NCBI GenBank assembly: GCA_965262915.1
Contig: OZ253564.1
Coordinates: 1,536,001 to 1,600,000, forward strand
Origin: Candidatus Spongiisociaceae bacterium
GTDB lineage: Bacteria; Actinomycetota; Acidimicrobiia; Spongiisociales; Spongiisociaceae
DNA length: 64,000 nucleotides
Direction of reading: 5' to 3'
Part shown: positions 1 to 10,127 of the stretch, piece after piece
Layout of the letters: each line of letters opens with the position of its first letter
How positions within the stretch are numbered: position 1 is the stretch's first letter
Position numbers and translations under genes: made by a program
Notes under the pieces: generated by a model
The model's database searches: none
What the model was told of the DNA's origin: nothing
Seen by the model: only the letters and a program-made list of their open reading frames with translations

Positions 1-504
1 GTCAATATCCCTGTCCTCGCGCTGGGCTCGATGTTCCTGGTGGTGGGACGGCGGGCCGGACACGCGATGCTGCTGCTGCTGTTCCCGTTCTTTGCTATCT
101 CCATACCGATGACCCTTGCCGAGCCGTTCGACGCCGGCGCGCTGCCCGCCGGCGGCGTGCCGGGTGGCCGGGAACTGTGGGCCGAGATGTTCGGGCCCCG
201 CCTCTGGGCGGCGATCGGCGGAGGGATGGGGGCCACGATCATCATCGTTCTGGCGGTCGTATCGGCCTTCAGGTTCTGGCACAGGAGCCGTCGTCTGGTG
301 TGGGGCAACCTCATGATCGTGGCCGGCACCTTGGCCGCCTCCACAGGAGGGACAATCCTGGCGCTCGGGATCGACTGGGGCTTCTCGGCTTCGCTGCTGG
401 TGGCGGTGATCCTCATCTGGGCCGGCTTCCGAATAGCCGTGAGCGCCCGCCGCGCGCTGCCCGTCCTAGCCGAGGGTGAGGCACCCTCCGTCCCGCGAGC
501 TTGA
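1..504 (+). CDS. Integral membrane protein, 5'-truncated by the window edge
   Basis: Frame is open from base 1 (VNIPVLALGSMFLVV...); several hydrophobic segments. Confidence 0.7.
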   Translation, partial: VNIPVLALGSMFLVVGRRAGHAMLLLLFPFFAISIPMTLAEPFDAGALPAGGVPGGRELWAEMFGPRLWAAIGGGMGATIIIVLAVVSAFRFWHRSRRLVWGNLMIVAGTLAASTGGTILALGIDWGFSASLLVAVILIWAGFRIAVSARRALPVLAEGEAPSVPRA

Positions 505-556
505 TCCAATCGGGTCTCGCCCGCTCGCCCGGAGCAGGCAAACGGGCCGAGAAGGA

Positions 557-609
557 CCCTATACTAATAGTTAATGCCCTATAACTTAATAGCTTCGGAG
601 CTAGTTAAG
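557..609 (+). promoter_or_regulatory. AT-rich promoter/operator of the Fic gene
   Basis: Imperfect direct repeat CCCTATA(A)C(T)TAATAG at 557 and 577; inverted repeat CTTAATAGCT-TCGG-AGCTAGTTAAG running into the RBS AAGGAGA. Confidence 0.45.
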
Positions 610-622
610 GAGAACTGAACAG

Positions 623-1789
623 ATGGACCGCGGAGAGACGGGTCGCTACGAGGTCACGACGATCGGGGGCGAGAAGGTTCGCGCCTTCATCCCGCTACCC
701 CTGCCGCCCGTGCCCCCGCTCGTACTCGACGGACCCCTTCTGCAAGCGCTTGAGGCGGCCAACCTTGCCCTCGGTCGCCTCGATGGGGTTACGACCCTAC
801 TACCCGACAAGTCCCTCTTCCTCTATCACTACGTACGCAAGGAGGCGGTTCTCTCATCACAGATCGAAGGAACGCAGTCCTCGCTTACCGATTTATTGCA
901 ACACGAGCGGGACCAGGCGCCGGGAGTCCCCCTAGACGACATCGCTGAGGTATCCCGCTACGTCGCAGCGCTGGAGCACGGGCTGAGGCGGCTCCGGGTG
1001 GACGACTTCCCGCTGTCGAACCGGCTGATCAGGGAAGTTCACGGTGTCCTGCTCTCGTCGGGGCGCGGCGGCAGCCAGACGCCGGGTGAGTTCCGGCGCT
1101 CGCAGAACTGGATCGGCGGTAGCCGACCCGGCAATGCGGCCTTCGTCCCTCCACCTCACTCCTGGGTGGGGGACTGCATGACAGCGCTGGAAAGCTTCCT
1201 CCACGCGACCGACGACGGCCTACCGATCCTCGTACGGGTCGGCTTGGCCCATGTGCAACTGGAGACCATCCACCCGTTTCTCGACGGCAACGGCCGGGTC
1301 GGGCGGATGCTCATCACTTTCCTCCTCTGCCACGCCGACGTGCTTGCGGACCCGCTCCTGTACCTGAGCCTGTATCTAAAACAGAACCGTCCGGAGTACT
1401 ACCGGTTACTCGGCGAGGTCCGATTCAACGGCAACTGGGAGGCATGGCTGGAGTTCTTCTTGGAGGGGATCCGCGAGACGGCAGAGGCCGCCGTCTCGAC
1501 AGCAAGGCGCCTGACGGAGATCTTCAGGACCGACAAGGAGCGCATCTCGGCGCTGGGCCGCCAGGCCGGCTCCGCTCTACGCGTGCACGAAACGCTCATG
1601 GCAGTGCCTATTCGCAGTATTACCGACGTGTGCAGGATCACAGGGCTGTCGTTCCCCGGCGCGTCGGCGGGCATGCAACGACTCGTCGACCTCGAGATGG
1701 CAATGGAGATCACAGGAGGACGACGTGACCGGCTATTCGTGTACACCGACTACCTGGATATCCTGACCGAGGGAACCGAACCCCTGTAA
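623..1789 (+). CDS. Fic family protein (class II, N-terminal inhibitory helix, probable C-terminal HTH)
   Basis: Canonical motif HPFLDGNGRVGR; inhibitory SSQIEG motif. Confidence 0.95.
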   Translation: MDRGETGRYEVTTIGGEKVRAFIPLPLPPVPPLVLDGPLLQALEAANLALGRLDGVTTLLPDKSLFLYHYVRKEAVLSSQIEGTQSSLTDLLQHERDQAPGVPLDDIAEVSRYVAALEHGLRRLRVDDFPLSNRLIREVHGVLLSSGRGGSQTPGEFRRSQNWIGGSRPGNAAFVPPPHSWVGDCMTALESFLHATDDGLPILVRVGLAHVQLETIHPFLDGNGRVGRMLITFLLCHADVLADPLLYLSLYLKQNRPEYYRLLGEVRFNGNWEAWLEFFLEGIRETAEAAVSTARRLTEIFRTDKERISALGRQAGSALRVHETLMAVPIRSITDVCRITGLSFPGASAGMQRLVDLEMAMEITGGRRDRLFVYTDYLDILTEGTEPL

Positions 1790-1871
1790 GCCATCCGCAA
1801 CCCGGCCGGAACCAGGGTCTACCCGTACACCCTCGAACTCCGGTGGGTTCTGCTGTTGGCGGTTGGGTGGA

Positions 1872-3011
1872 TCATGTGACGAGAAGATCCGATCCGCGGG
1901 CGGATTCGGTCGCCGTAGCGACCTGGAGGCTTTGCTGCCCGGAACGGTTCTTGATCTCCTCGATACGGTTCAGTTGACGTTCGAGTTGCTGGCGACGGGT
2001 CGTGGACAGTTCGTCGAAGGCGGAGTTGAGCCGACCTAGGTGCCGGCCGACCAGATCGAACTGCGCGACGTACCGTTGCCACTGGTCGGTGAAGCGCGCC
2101 AGGTGATCGAGAATCTCCTGGGACGACCTCTCCATGGCGAGGGTGTCCATTGCCTGGCGTACCAGCGCCAGCATCGCGAACAGCGTCGAAGGCGAGCAGA
2201 TGACAACCCGGCTTGCCAGAGCCTCGTCGAACACGTTGCGGTGGTGTTCGTGGATGAAGGCGTAGACGCCGTCGTTGGGAATGAACATCAGGACGTACCC
2301 GACCGTCGTGATCGATTCCATGTAGGCCTCTCGAGTTGCGAGGGTCCTCACATGTCCGAGTACGGCGCTCCCGAAGTCCCGGAGCGCCTTCTGCTTCTCC
2401 AGATCCGACGGAGCTTCCATATAGCGGGCGTAGCCCTCCAAGGGGAACTTGACATCCATGTTCAGCACCTGTCCGTCGGGGAGGAGGAAGGTGAAGTCGG
2501 GCCGGGTACCGGCGGCAGTGGTCTTCTGCTTCAGGTAGTTCACCCCTTCGACCATGCCGGCCGCGCGCAGGATGTCATCGGCCATGCGCTCTCCCCACTG
2601 GCCCCGCGCCTGGCGGTTGATCAGGATGTCGTTGAGCCTCCGGGTGGAGCGGAGAAGCAGGTCCTGCTGCTCGGCGGCGTTGTGCAGGTTCTGGGTGAGT
2701 CCCGCATGCTGGGCCGCCCGCTCCTTCTGCAATTCGGCGAACAGGCGCCGCAGCTCGGACAACTCCCCGTTCACCTGGGAGGTCACCCCGTCCCACTTGT
2801 GGTCGATGACATCCCGCTGGTGCTCGAGTTGTGCCTTACCGGTTTCAAGGTGAGCACGGAAGGAGCTGCCTGCCACCGCGATGACCTTTTGTAGCAAGGC
2901 TTCGGTGTCGACGACGGGTTCGGAACGGCGCTGCCGGTCCCAGGCCACGGCGAACCCGATCGCGGCCAGGACGGATATCACGAGAGCTGAGATGAGTGCA
3001 AGAGTTTCCAT
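1872..3011 (-). CDS. rmuC: DNA recombination protein RmuC family
   Basis: N-terminal TM helix, coiled coil, RGQWGE, RPD...DVKFP nuclease-like motif, VLMFIP; start placed at ATG 3011. Confidence 0.9.
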   Translation of the reverse strand: METLALISALVISVLAAIGFAVAWDRQRRSEPVVDTEALLQKVIAVAGSSFRAHLETGKAQLEHQRDVIDHKWDGVTSQVNGELSELRRLFAELQKERAAQHAGLTQNLHNAAEQQDLLLRSTRRLNDILINRQARGQWGERMADDILRAAGMVEGVNYLKQKTTAAGTRPDFTFLLPDGQVLNMDVKFPLEGYARYMEAPSDLEKQKALRDFGSAVLGHVRTLATREAYMESITTVGYVLMFIPNDGVYAFIHEHHRNVFDEALASRVVICSPSTLFAMLALVRQAMDTLAMERSSQEILDHLARFTDQWQRYVAQFDLVGRHLGRLNSAFDELSTTRRQQLERQLNRIEEIKNRSGQQSLQVATATESARGSDLLVT

Positions 3012-3205
3012 ACGGACAATGGTATGGAGGGGGTGTGACAGATCCGCGGGATCCCCGGCGTCGCCGCGGGCACGAATGGAGTGGGAGGCGTCGGGGAACC
3101 TCAACGGGCTTCGGAGAGCTCCTGAGTCCGGTCGGTGCGAGACCGGGCACCCACCGGCGGGAACCGTCCTCCGCCAAGGTCCGAACTCCGATAGTCTTGG
3201 GATCG

Positions 3206-4168
3206 ATGACGGTTACTGCAGCTACCGTCCCGGCTTCGCCGGTCCTCGGCCCTTCGGTGACCCCGAAGGTTGTCGAGTCCTACCTGCGCTCCGTTCCCTC
3301 GGTCGACGAGGTGGGGGTGACCGAGCGGGCATCCGCCCTATCCACCAGGTCGGTGAAGCGGGAGTCCAAGCTGGCCGCGCTCGACCTCGCCATCCGCATG
3401 TGCGACCTGACCACCCTCGAAGGACGTGACACACCCGGCAAGGTCATCCAGTTGGCTTCGAAGGCGGTCCGGCCCGATCCCGTCGATCCCACCATCCCGC
3501 CCGTGGCGGCCCTCTGCGTGTACCCGAACATGGTGCCATACGCGGTCGGAGCCCTGGCCGGAAGCGGGGTGGCGGTGGCGTCGGTGGCCACCTACTTCCC
3601 GTCGGGTCAGGCGCCTCTCTCGGTGAAGACGGCCGATGTCTCCTGGGCGGTCGCGGAAGGAGCGGACGAGATCGACATGGTCATCGACCGGGGGGCGTTC
3701 CTGTGCGGCGACTACCTCAAGGTGTACGACGAGATAGTGGCCGTCAAGGAAGCCTGCGGGCGCGCCCATCTCAAGGTGATCCTCGAGACAGGTGAACTCA
3801 GCACCTACGACAACGTGCGCAGAGCTTCGATGCTGGCCATGGCGGCCGGGGCCGACTTCATCAAGACCTCCACCGGCAAGACGGCCTCCAATGCGACCCT
3901 TCCGGTCACCCTCGTGATGCTGGAGGCGATCCGGGACTTCTACACCAGCACGGGACGTGCGGTCGGGATGAAGCCGGCCGGGGGGATCAGCACCGGCAAG
4001 GTCGCCATCCGCTACCTGGTGCTCCTCGCCGAGACCCTGGGGGCGGGCTGGCTGTCCCCGTCCCGGTTCCGGTTCGGGGCATCGAGCCTTCTCAACGATC
4101 TCCTCATGCAGATCCGCTGGGTTCGCGAGGGCCGCTACCAGTCACCCGACCACTTCACCAAGGACTGA
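3206..4168 (+). CDS. deoC: Deoxyribose-phosphate aldolase
   Basis: DLTTLEG, GADEIDMVI, LKVILETGEL, FIKTSTGK, KPAGGI, RFGASSLL. Confidence 0.95.
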   Translation: MTVTAATVPASPVLGPSVTPKVVESYLRSVPSVDEVGVTERASALSTRSVKRESKLAALDLAIRMCDLTTLEGRDTPGKVIQLASKAVRPDPVDPTIPPVAALCVYPNMVPYAVGALAGSGVAVASVATYFPSGQAPLSVKTADVSWAVAEGADEIDMVIDRGAFLCGDYLKVYDEIVAVKEACGRAHLKVILETGELSTYDNVRRASMLAMAAGADFIKTSTGKTASNATLPVTLVMLEAIRDFYTSTGRAVGMKPAGGISTGKVAIRYLVLLAETLGAGWLSPSRFRFGASSLLNDLLMQIRWVREGRYQSPDHFTKD

Positions 4169-4171
4169 ACG

Positions 4172-5659
4172 ATGGATGAGCTGAGGCCCTCTCCCGTGAA
4201 GAAGCCGGAGATCATCCCGACCGGACTCGACTACGTGCCGTCCCGCGAGTCCACCGATGTGGTCTCCATGGAGGAGAGCTACGAGCTGTGGATCGACGGG
4301 AGACCGTCCGAGCCTGCCACCAACCGGTACTTGCCCACGGTCAATCCGGCTACCGAGGAGACCCTCAGCCGGGTGGCGGAAGCCGGCTCGGAGGACGTGG
4401 ACCGGGCGGTGACGGCAGCCCGCAGCGCCTACACCGGCGTCTGGGGAAGGTTGGACGGCGCGGAGAGATCGAAGTACCTCTACCGCCTGGCCAGGATGCT
4501 CCAGGAGCGGTCCCGCGAGTTCGCGGTGCTGGAGACGCTCGACGGGGGCAAACCCATCAAGGAGTCGCGGGATGTCGATCTCCCCCTCGCGGCGGCCCAT
4601 TTCTTCTACTACGCCGGGTGGGCGGACAAGCTGGAGTACGCCTTTCCCGTTCTGGACACCCGGCCGCTGGGAGTCGTGGGGCAGGTGATCCCCTGGAACT
4701 TCCCGATGCTGATGCTGGCCTGGAAGGTGGCGCCCGCCCTGGCCACCGGCAACACGGTGGTGCTCAAGCCGGCCGAGACCACCCCGCTGAGCGCGCTTGC
4801 CTTCGCCCGCCTCGCGGCCGAGGCGGGACTCCCCGCGGGTGTCCTGAACGTCGTCACCGGGAACGGCCGAACCGGAGCGGAGGTGGTGGCCCATCCCGGT
4901 GTCGACAAGGTGGCCTTCACCGGCTCCACGGAGGTGGGCAAGCTCATCCAGAAGCGGCTGGCCGGAACGGGCAGGAGGCTGACCCTGGAACTCGGCGGCA
5001 AGGCGCCCCACGTCATCTTCGACGACGCTCCCCTCGACCAGGCGATCGAAGGGGTCGTAAACGGTATCTTCTTCAACCAGGGCCACGTGTGCTGCGCGGG
5101 TAGCCGCCTGCTGGTCCAGGAGTCGATCTACGACACCTTGATGGACAAGCTCAAGGTGAGGCTGGCCACCCTCCGGGTGGGCGATCCGCTCGACAAGAAC
5201 ACCGATGTGGGAGCGATCAACAGCAGGGCGCAGCTCGACAGGATCACCGAACTGGTGGATGCCGGACTGGCCGAGGGCGCCGAGATGTACCAGCCGCCCT
5301 GTGCCCTTCCCGAGCGCGGTTACTGGTTCGCTCCCACCCTGTTCATGGGCGTGTCGCAGAGCCACCGGGTCGCGCAGGAGGAGATCTTCGGTCCGGTACT
5401 GTCGATCATGACCTTCCGCACGCCCGCCGAAGCGGTGGAGAAGGCCAACAACACGCCCTACGGACTGTCCGCCGGGGTGTGGACCAGCAAGGGCTCCCGC
5501 ATCCTGTGGATGGCCGACCGGCTCAAGGCAGGTGTGGTGTGGGCCAACACATACAACAAGTTCGACCCGGCCTCCCCGTTCGGCGGCTACCGGGAGTCGG
5601 GGTTCGGCCGGGAGGGTGGTCGCCATGGCCTGCTTCCCTACCTGAGGGGTGGCGCGTGA
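4172..5659 (+). CDS. Aldehyde dehydrogenase
   Basis: IPWNFP, FTGSTEVG, LELGGK, catalytic GHVCCAGSR, EEIFGP. Confidence 0.95.
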   Translation: MDELRPSPVKKPEIIPTGLDYVPSRESTDVVSMEESYELWIDGRPSEPATNRYLPTVNPATEETLSRVAEAGSEDVDRAVTAARSAYTGVWGRLDGAERSKYLYRLARMLQERSREFAVLETLDGGKPIKESRDVDLPLAAAHFFYYAGWADKLEYAFPVLDTRPLGVVGQVIPWNFPMLMLAWKVAPALATGNTVVLKPAETTPLSALAFARLAAEAGLPAGVLNVVTGNGRTGAEVVAHPGVDKVAFTGSTEVGKLIQKRLAGTGRRLTLELGGKAPHVIFDDAPLDQAIEGVVNGIFFNQGHVCCAGSRLLVQESIYDTLMDKLKVRLATLRVGDPLDKNTDVGAINSRAQLDRITELVDAGLAEGAEMYQPPCALPERGYWFAPTLFMGVSQSHRVAQEEIFGPVLSIMTFRTPAEAVEKANNTPYGLSAGVWTSKGSRILWMADRLKAGVVWANTYNKFDPASPFGGYRESGFGREGGRHGLLPYLRGGA

Positions 5660-6525
5660 GCAGGATCGAGGTGCGCAAGACCTACAAGATGTACGTCGAT
5701 GGGGACTTTCCCCGATCCGAGTCGGGCCGCACCTACCCGGCTCTCGACCACCGGGGGGAGGTCATCGCCCGGGTGGCGGCCGGAACCCGCAAGGACCTTC
5801 GCCATGCCGTCCGATGTGCCCGCAAGGCGCAGGCCGGATGGGCCGGCCGGAGTGGATACAACCGGGGCCAGATCCTCTACCGGATCGCCGAGATGGTCGA
5901 GGACCGGGCACCCACCTTCGCAGCCCACATCGCGGCCACCGGAGTCGGCGGCGGCCGCGCCCGCCGGGAGGTGGCCCGAGCCGTGGACCGTCTCGTCTGG
6001 TACGCCGGTTGGGCCGACAAGTACCAGCAGGTGATCGGCAACCTGAACCCGGTCTCAGGGCCCTTCTTCAACATCTCGACGCCGGAACCGACCGGCGTCG
6101 TAGGGGTGGTCGCCCCCGAGGAGCCCGCCATGTTGGGTCTCGTCTCCCGGCTAGCTCCCGTCATCGTGTCGGGCAACACCGCGGTGGTGCTGGCTTCGGA
6201 GCGCTGGCCGGTACCCGCCATCTCGTTTGCCGAAGCGATGGCCACCGCCGACGTTCCCGGAGGGGTCGTAAACGTGCTGACCGGTCCCAAATCGGGAATG
6301 ATCCCCTTCCTTGCCTCCCACCTCGATGTCAATGCCGTCGACGCGTACGGGGCCGATCCGGGGATGATGGCCGAGTTGGAGGAAGCGGCGGCGGGCGGCG
6401 TGAAGCGGGTGGTGCGCCCGCCGGAGGGCCGGGTCGACTGGACCGACAACGGGACCGCTCAGAGTCTCTACTTCATCTCCGCCTTCACCGAGATCAAGAC
6501 AGTCTGGCACCCCAAAGGCCTTTGA
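5656..6525 (+). CDS. Short aldehyde dehydrogenase-like protein (NAD-binding half only)
   Basis: GTGA overlap with the upstream ALDH; WYAGWADK, SGNTAVV, EIKTVWHP; no LELGG or catalytic Cys segment. Confidence 0.85.
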   Translation: MSRIEVRKTYKMYVDGDFPRSESGRTYPALDHRGEVIARVAAGTRKDLRHAVRCARKAQAGWAGRSGYNRGQILYRIAEMVEDRAPTFAAHIAATGVGGGRARREVARAVDRLVWYAGWADKYQQVIGNLNPVSGPFFNISTPEPTGVVGVVAPEEPAMLGLVSRLAPVIVSGNTAVVLASERWPVPAISFAEAMATADVPGGVVNVLTGPKSGMIPFLASHLDVNAVDAYGADPGMMAELEEAAAGGVKRVVRPPEGRVDWTDNGTAQSLYFISAFTEIKTVWHPKGL

Positions 6526-6675
6526 CCCGATCCACCCCGAGGCTGGCTCCGGCCCGCCCGGTTGGTGTCCTCTCCCGTAGTCCGGCCATCAGCCGGCGCG
6601 CAAGATTCATCTTGCACAGACGCTCGGAAGGCGCCTCTCGCCGGCTGGATCCACAGTTGCTTGGGGAGCGAGCCG

Positions 6676-9063
6676 TTACGTTTCTGCGAGGAGCAGGAGG
6701 GCCCGGAAGAGGAAAGTGGCCATCTGGGCTCGGGTGACCATTTGGTCGGGGCAGAACCGGTCGTTGTCGGGCGGGTTGCAACCCTGCGTAATACCGGCGG
6801 CAGCGAGACGCTCGATGTTGGCTCGGTGGGGGTTGTCGGCCACATCGGTGAAGTTCTCCGATCCCGGCGCCAGGTCCAGGGCCCGGGCGAGGAAGGTGGC
6901 CATCTGGGCTCGGGTGACCATTTGGTCGGGGCAGAACCGGTCGTTGTCGGGGGGGTTGCAACCCTGGGTTATCGTTGCCTTGGCCAGCCGGTTGATGTTC
7001 TCCTCGTGTGTGGTTCCATCGTCGTCACTGAACTGGTCAAGCGTCGCTTCCGGAAGGTCCAGGGCCCGGGCGAGGAAGGTGGCCATCTGGGCTCGGGTGA
7101 CCATTTGGTCGGGGCAGAACCGGTCGTTGTCGGGGGGGTTGCAACCACGGGTAATGCCGGCGTCGGCAATCCGCCCGATACTCTCCCAATGGACCGTTCT
7201 GCCGGTGTCGGTGAACGAGGTCCTCGGGCCGGCGAAAACGGACACTACGGTAACAACCCGTTGCCGACGGTCGGCGGCTACAGCGCCATGGGTCAGAACC
7301 GCGTCCAGACCCGCAGGCATCCGGATGGTCCCCGCTCCGGGTAGGAACGAGTCGGCCGGGATGCTGATGCCGTCCGGGTCGGCGTCCCCGTCCACCACGG
7401 TGTACTCGAACACCAACTCGGTCGTGTCGGTCCCTGATCTGTACGAGGCCAACCGGAAGTTCTGGCCGACCTGGATCCTCACCGCCGGACCACCTCCACC
7501 CTGGGAGACGACAACGGGGGAAGAGAAGGCGGCGGTGATGTTCACCGTCTCCCCGATCGCGTACGATCCCCCGCCCGAAGGCCGGGAAGTGATGGCCAGG
7601 CCGGTTATGTGTGGCCTGGCCGTGGAGATGGCCCGCCGTGCCACCTCGGCCGGGAGGAGGCACGGTGGCAGATCCAGCACGGAGTCCGGCTCTATTCCTC
7701 CGGCGACGCTTCCGCCATCCGGGGTGAACCACCTGATAGTCGTGAGGTGGAGCACCCCGACGAGGGTCCCGTCCGGCTCCAGGCGGTACGACGACTGGCC
7801 TGTGCCCTTGCCGTAGGTGGTCCGGCCGACCACCGAAGCCCGGTCGTGGTCCTGGAGCGCGCCGATCACGATCTCGGACGCCGAGGCGCTCCCGCCGTCC
7901 ACCACCACCACCATCGGTAGGAGGACAGGATCGGGGGCGACCTCCTTCCCGCGGGGCCTGGTCGTCTCGAGCTCTTCCCTGCCTACGCTGTGTACGACAG
8001 TTGTGAGGTCGGGCAGGAACAGACCGGCGGTCTGGACAGCCGAGTGCAGATAACCGCCCGGGTTGTCCCTGAGGTCCAGGACCAGCCCGCTGATCTCCTC
8101 GCGTATCAACCGGTCCAGCACCTCGGCCACATCGTCGTCGGCGGAGCCACTGAAGATGTCGAGTCGCAGGTAGCCGATGTCGCCGTCAGCCACCCTTCCC
8201 CTGGCCACCGGTATCGTGAGATCGGTCGCCCGGATCGTCGCAGTGACCGACTCGTCGCCCCGCCGCACGGTCACCGCCACCTCCTCGCCCCCGGCAAAGC
8301 GGTCGAGCCGGGGGACGCTCGCGCAGCCCAGGTCGGCCGGAAATACATCGCCCATCTCCACGAGCACGTCACCGAGCGCCAGCCCGGCCGCCTCGGCAGG
8401 GCTCCCCGGGTAGACGTCGGTGATAACCGGCCGGCAGGTGGCCGAGACCATCGTGCAGGCTTCGCCGTCCTCCGCCAGGGCGAACCCGACACCCAGGCCG
8501 GTGGTTCCCATGTTCTCGAGGGTCGCTCGGAAGCGTTGGTAACGGTCCGGTGTGAGGTAGTTGGAGTTCGGGTCCAGCGAGGTGGCCATTCCCCGGATGG
8601 CTGCCTCGACCGCGGCGGCCGTATCCTCGACAGCATCGATCGCCGCGCACATCTGTTCGAACTCGGGAGCGGGCAACGGGCATGCCGGTGGATCCCCGTC
8701 GCGGCGCTCGGCGAGGTCCGCGTTCCGAACCCCTTCGGCGGCGGCGGTGGCGAGGCTCTCGTCGTCGACCGGGTCCACGTAGTCCCTGGTGATGATCTCA
8801 TAGGCTGTGCACAGCAACTCGAAGACCTCCGGCGCTCGGTCGCACGTCATCCGGCCGGATGCCTGAGCGATGGGCGGGCCGGCGGCGTCCCGGGTGAGGG
8901 TCGGTTCGAGGTTCGCCGGGGCAGCGGCCAGAGCCGAGCCGGGGAGGGGGACGATGGCAGAGGCCAGGATCGCGATGGCCCCGAGGACCGCGCCCCGGAC
9001 CCGGCGGCGGCGCGTCATCCACCGGTTGCCGCCGCGCCCGCGCCCGATGGTCGTGAACTTCAT
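6676..9063 (-). CDS. Secreted S41 (CtpA-like) peptidase with PDZ domain, Ig-like insert and three C-terminal SLH-like repeats
   Basis: Signal peptide; GSPAEAAGL (PDZ); DLRDNPGG, SASASE, TYGKG; 3x GCNPPDNDRFCPDQMVTRAQMATFL; start may be 9018. Confidence 0.9.
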   Translation of the reverse strand: MKFTTIGRGRGGNRWMTRRRRVRGAVLGAIAILASAIVPLPGSALAAAPANLEPTLTRDAAGPPIAQASGRMTCDRAPEVFELLCTAYEIITRDYVDPVDDESLATAAAEGVRNADLAERRDGDPPACPLPAPEFEQMCAAIDAVEDTAAAVEAAIRGMATSLDPNSNYLTPDRYQRFRATLENMGTTGLGVGFALAEDGEACTMVSATCRPVITDVYPGSPAEAAGLALGDVLVEMGDVFPADLGCASVPRLDRFAGGEEVAVTVRRGDESVTATIRATDLTIPVARGRVADGDIGYLRLDIFSGSADDDVAEVLDRLIREEISGLVLDLRDNPGGYLHSAVQTAGLFLPDLTTVVHSVGREELETTRPRGKEVAPDPVLLPMVVVVDGGSASASEIVIGALQDHDRASVVGRTTYGKGTGQSSYRLEPDGTLVGVLHLTTIRWFTPDGGSVAGGIEPDSVLDLPPCLLPAEVARRAISTARPHITGLAITSRPSGGGSYAIGETVNITAAFSSPVVVSQGGGGPAVRIQVGQNFRLASYRSGTDTTELVFEYTVVDGDADPDGISIPADSFLPGAGTIRMPAGLDAVLTHGAVAADRRQRVVTVVSVFAGPRTSFTDTGRTVHWESIGRIADAGITRGCNPPDNDRFCPDQMVTRAQMATFLARALDLPEATLDQFSDDDGTTHEENINRLAKATITQGCNPPDNDRFCPDQMVTRAQMATFLARALDLAPGSENFTDVADNPHRANIERLAAAGITQGCNPPDNDRFCPDQMVTRAQMATFLFRALLLLAET
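6715..7150 (-). repeat. Three near-identical ~70-bp intragenic repeats encoding SLH-like cores
   Basis: GTGGCCATCTGGGCTCGGGTGACCATTTGGTCGGGGCAGAACCGGTCGTTGTCGGG at ~6716, ~6896 and ~7079. Confidence 0.9.
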
Positions 9064-9212
9064 CCCGGCGTGTTCCGGCTGACCAGCACGGGCTGACGAT
9101 AGCCTCCGCACGATCCCTTACGGTGCGCTCCCGGCGGCGAGCGCTCCTTCCGCTCCGGCCAGCTGCCGGGGTGGCGCCCGGCAAGTCACAGGCGGCTGGT
9201 ACTTTGTGATGG

Positions 9213-10127
9213 ATGCAGAGTTGCCCGGCGCGATCGGTGCGGACGAGAGTGCTTCCCCTCACCCGCCCTCTGGATCTGCGCGCCACGCTGGCCGTGAAAG
9301 GTCTGAAGGGACCGTCGCTCCGCATCCGGTCGGACGGACTGTGGAGAGCGACCCGGACCCCGGACGGGCCCGCCACGGTAAGGATGCGGTTGCAGGACAG
9401 GGAGCTGGTCGTCGATGCCTGGGGGGAGGGGGCCGGCCGAGTACTCGACCGGGTTCCCGAATGGGTGGGGGAGTCCGATGACCCGACCGCGCTGGTTCCG
9501 TGCCATCCCGCGGTCGAGCGGGCCGCACGCATGGGCCGGGGGATGCGGATGGCCGCGGTGGGCGGGCTGGTCGAGGTGCTGATCCCGACCATCCTGGCCC
9601 AGAAGGTGACGGGAATCGAAGCGGCCCGCAGCTACCGGGAGATGGCTGCCCGATTCGGCGAGCCGGCTCCCGGTCCGGGAGGGTTGCGCCTGCCTCCCGA
9701 CCCGGCCCACCTGGCCGATCTCCGCTACTACGCCTTCCATCCTCTCGGGGTGGAGCAGCGACGGGCGGAGACCATCATCGGGGTCTGCAGGCTTGCCGAA
9801 CGGATCGAGGCGACCGCGGACCATGGGTTGGCGAGCGCCTACCGGTTCCTCCACCATCTGCCGGGTATCGGCCCCTGGACCAGCGCCTCGGCTCTGCTGG
9901 TGGCCAGGGGCGATACGGACGCTGTCCCGGTGGGTGACTTCCACCTCCCCAACATCGTGTCGTGGGCGCTGGCCGGCGAAGCTCGGGGAACCGATGAGCG
10001 GATGCTGGAGTTGCTCGCTCCTTATGCCGGTCAGCGTGGACGGGTGGTCCGGCTTCTGGAGCGGTACGCGGGGCGAGCGCCCGCATACGGACCCCGGTTC
10101 GCCCCCAGGGACTTCCGGCGCTATTGA
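9213..10127 (+). CDS. DNA-3-methyladenine glycosylase II-like (HhH-GPD) protein
   Basis: ILAQKVTG, HhH LPGIGPWT, VPVGDFH. Confidence 0.85.
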   Translation: MQSCPARSVRTRVLPLTRPLDLRATLAVKGLKGPSLRIRSDGLWRATRTPDGPATVRMRLQDRELVVDAWGEGAGRVLDRVPEWVGESDDPTALVPCHPAVERAARMGRGMRMAAVGGLVEVLIPTILAQKVTGIEAARSYREMAARFGEPAPGPGGLRLPPDPAHLADLRYYAFHPLGVEQRRAETIIGVCRLAERIEATADHGLASAYRFLHHLPGIGPWTSASALLVARGDTDAVPVGDFHLPNIVSWALAGEARGTDERMLELLAPYAGQRGRVVRLLERYAGRAPAYGPRFAPRDFRRY

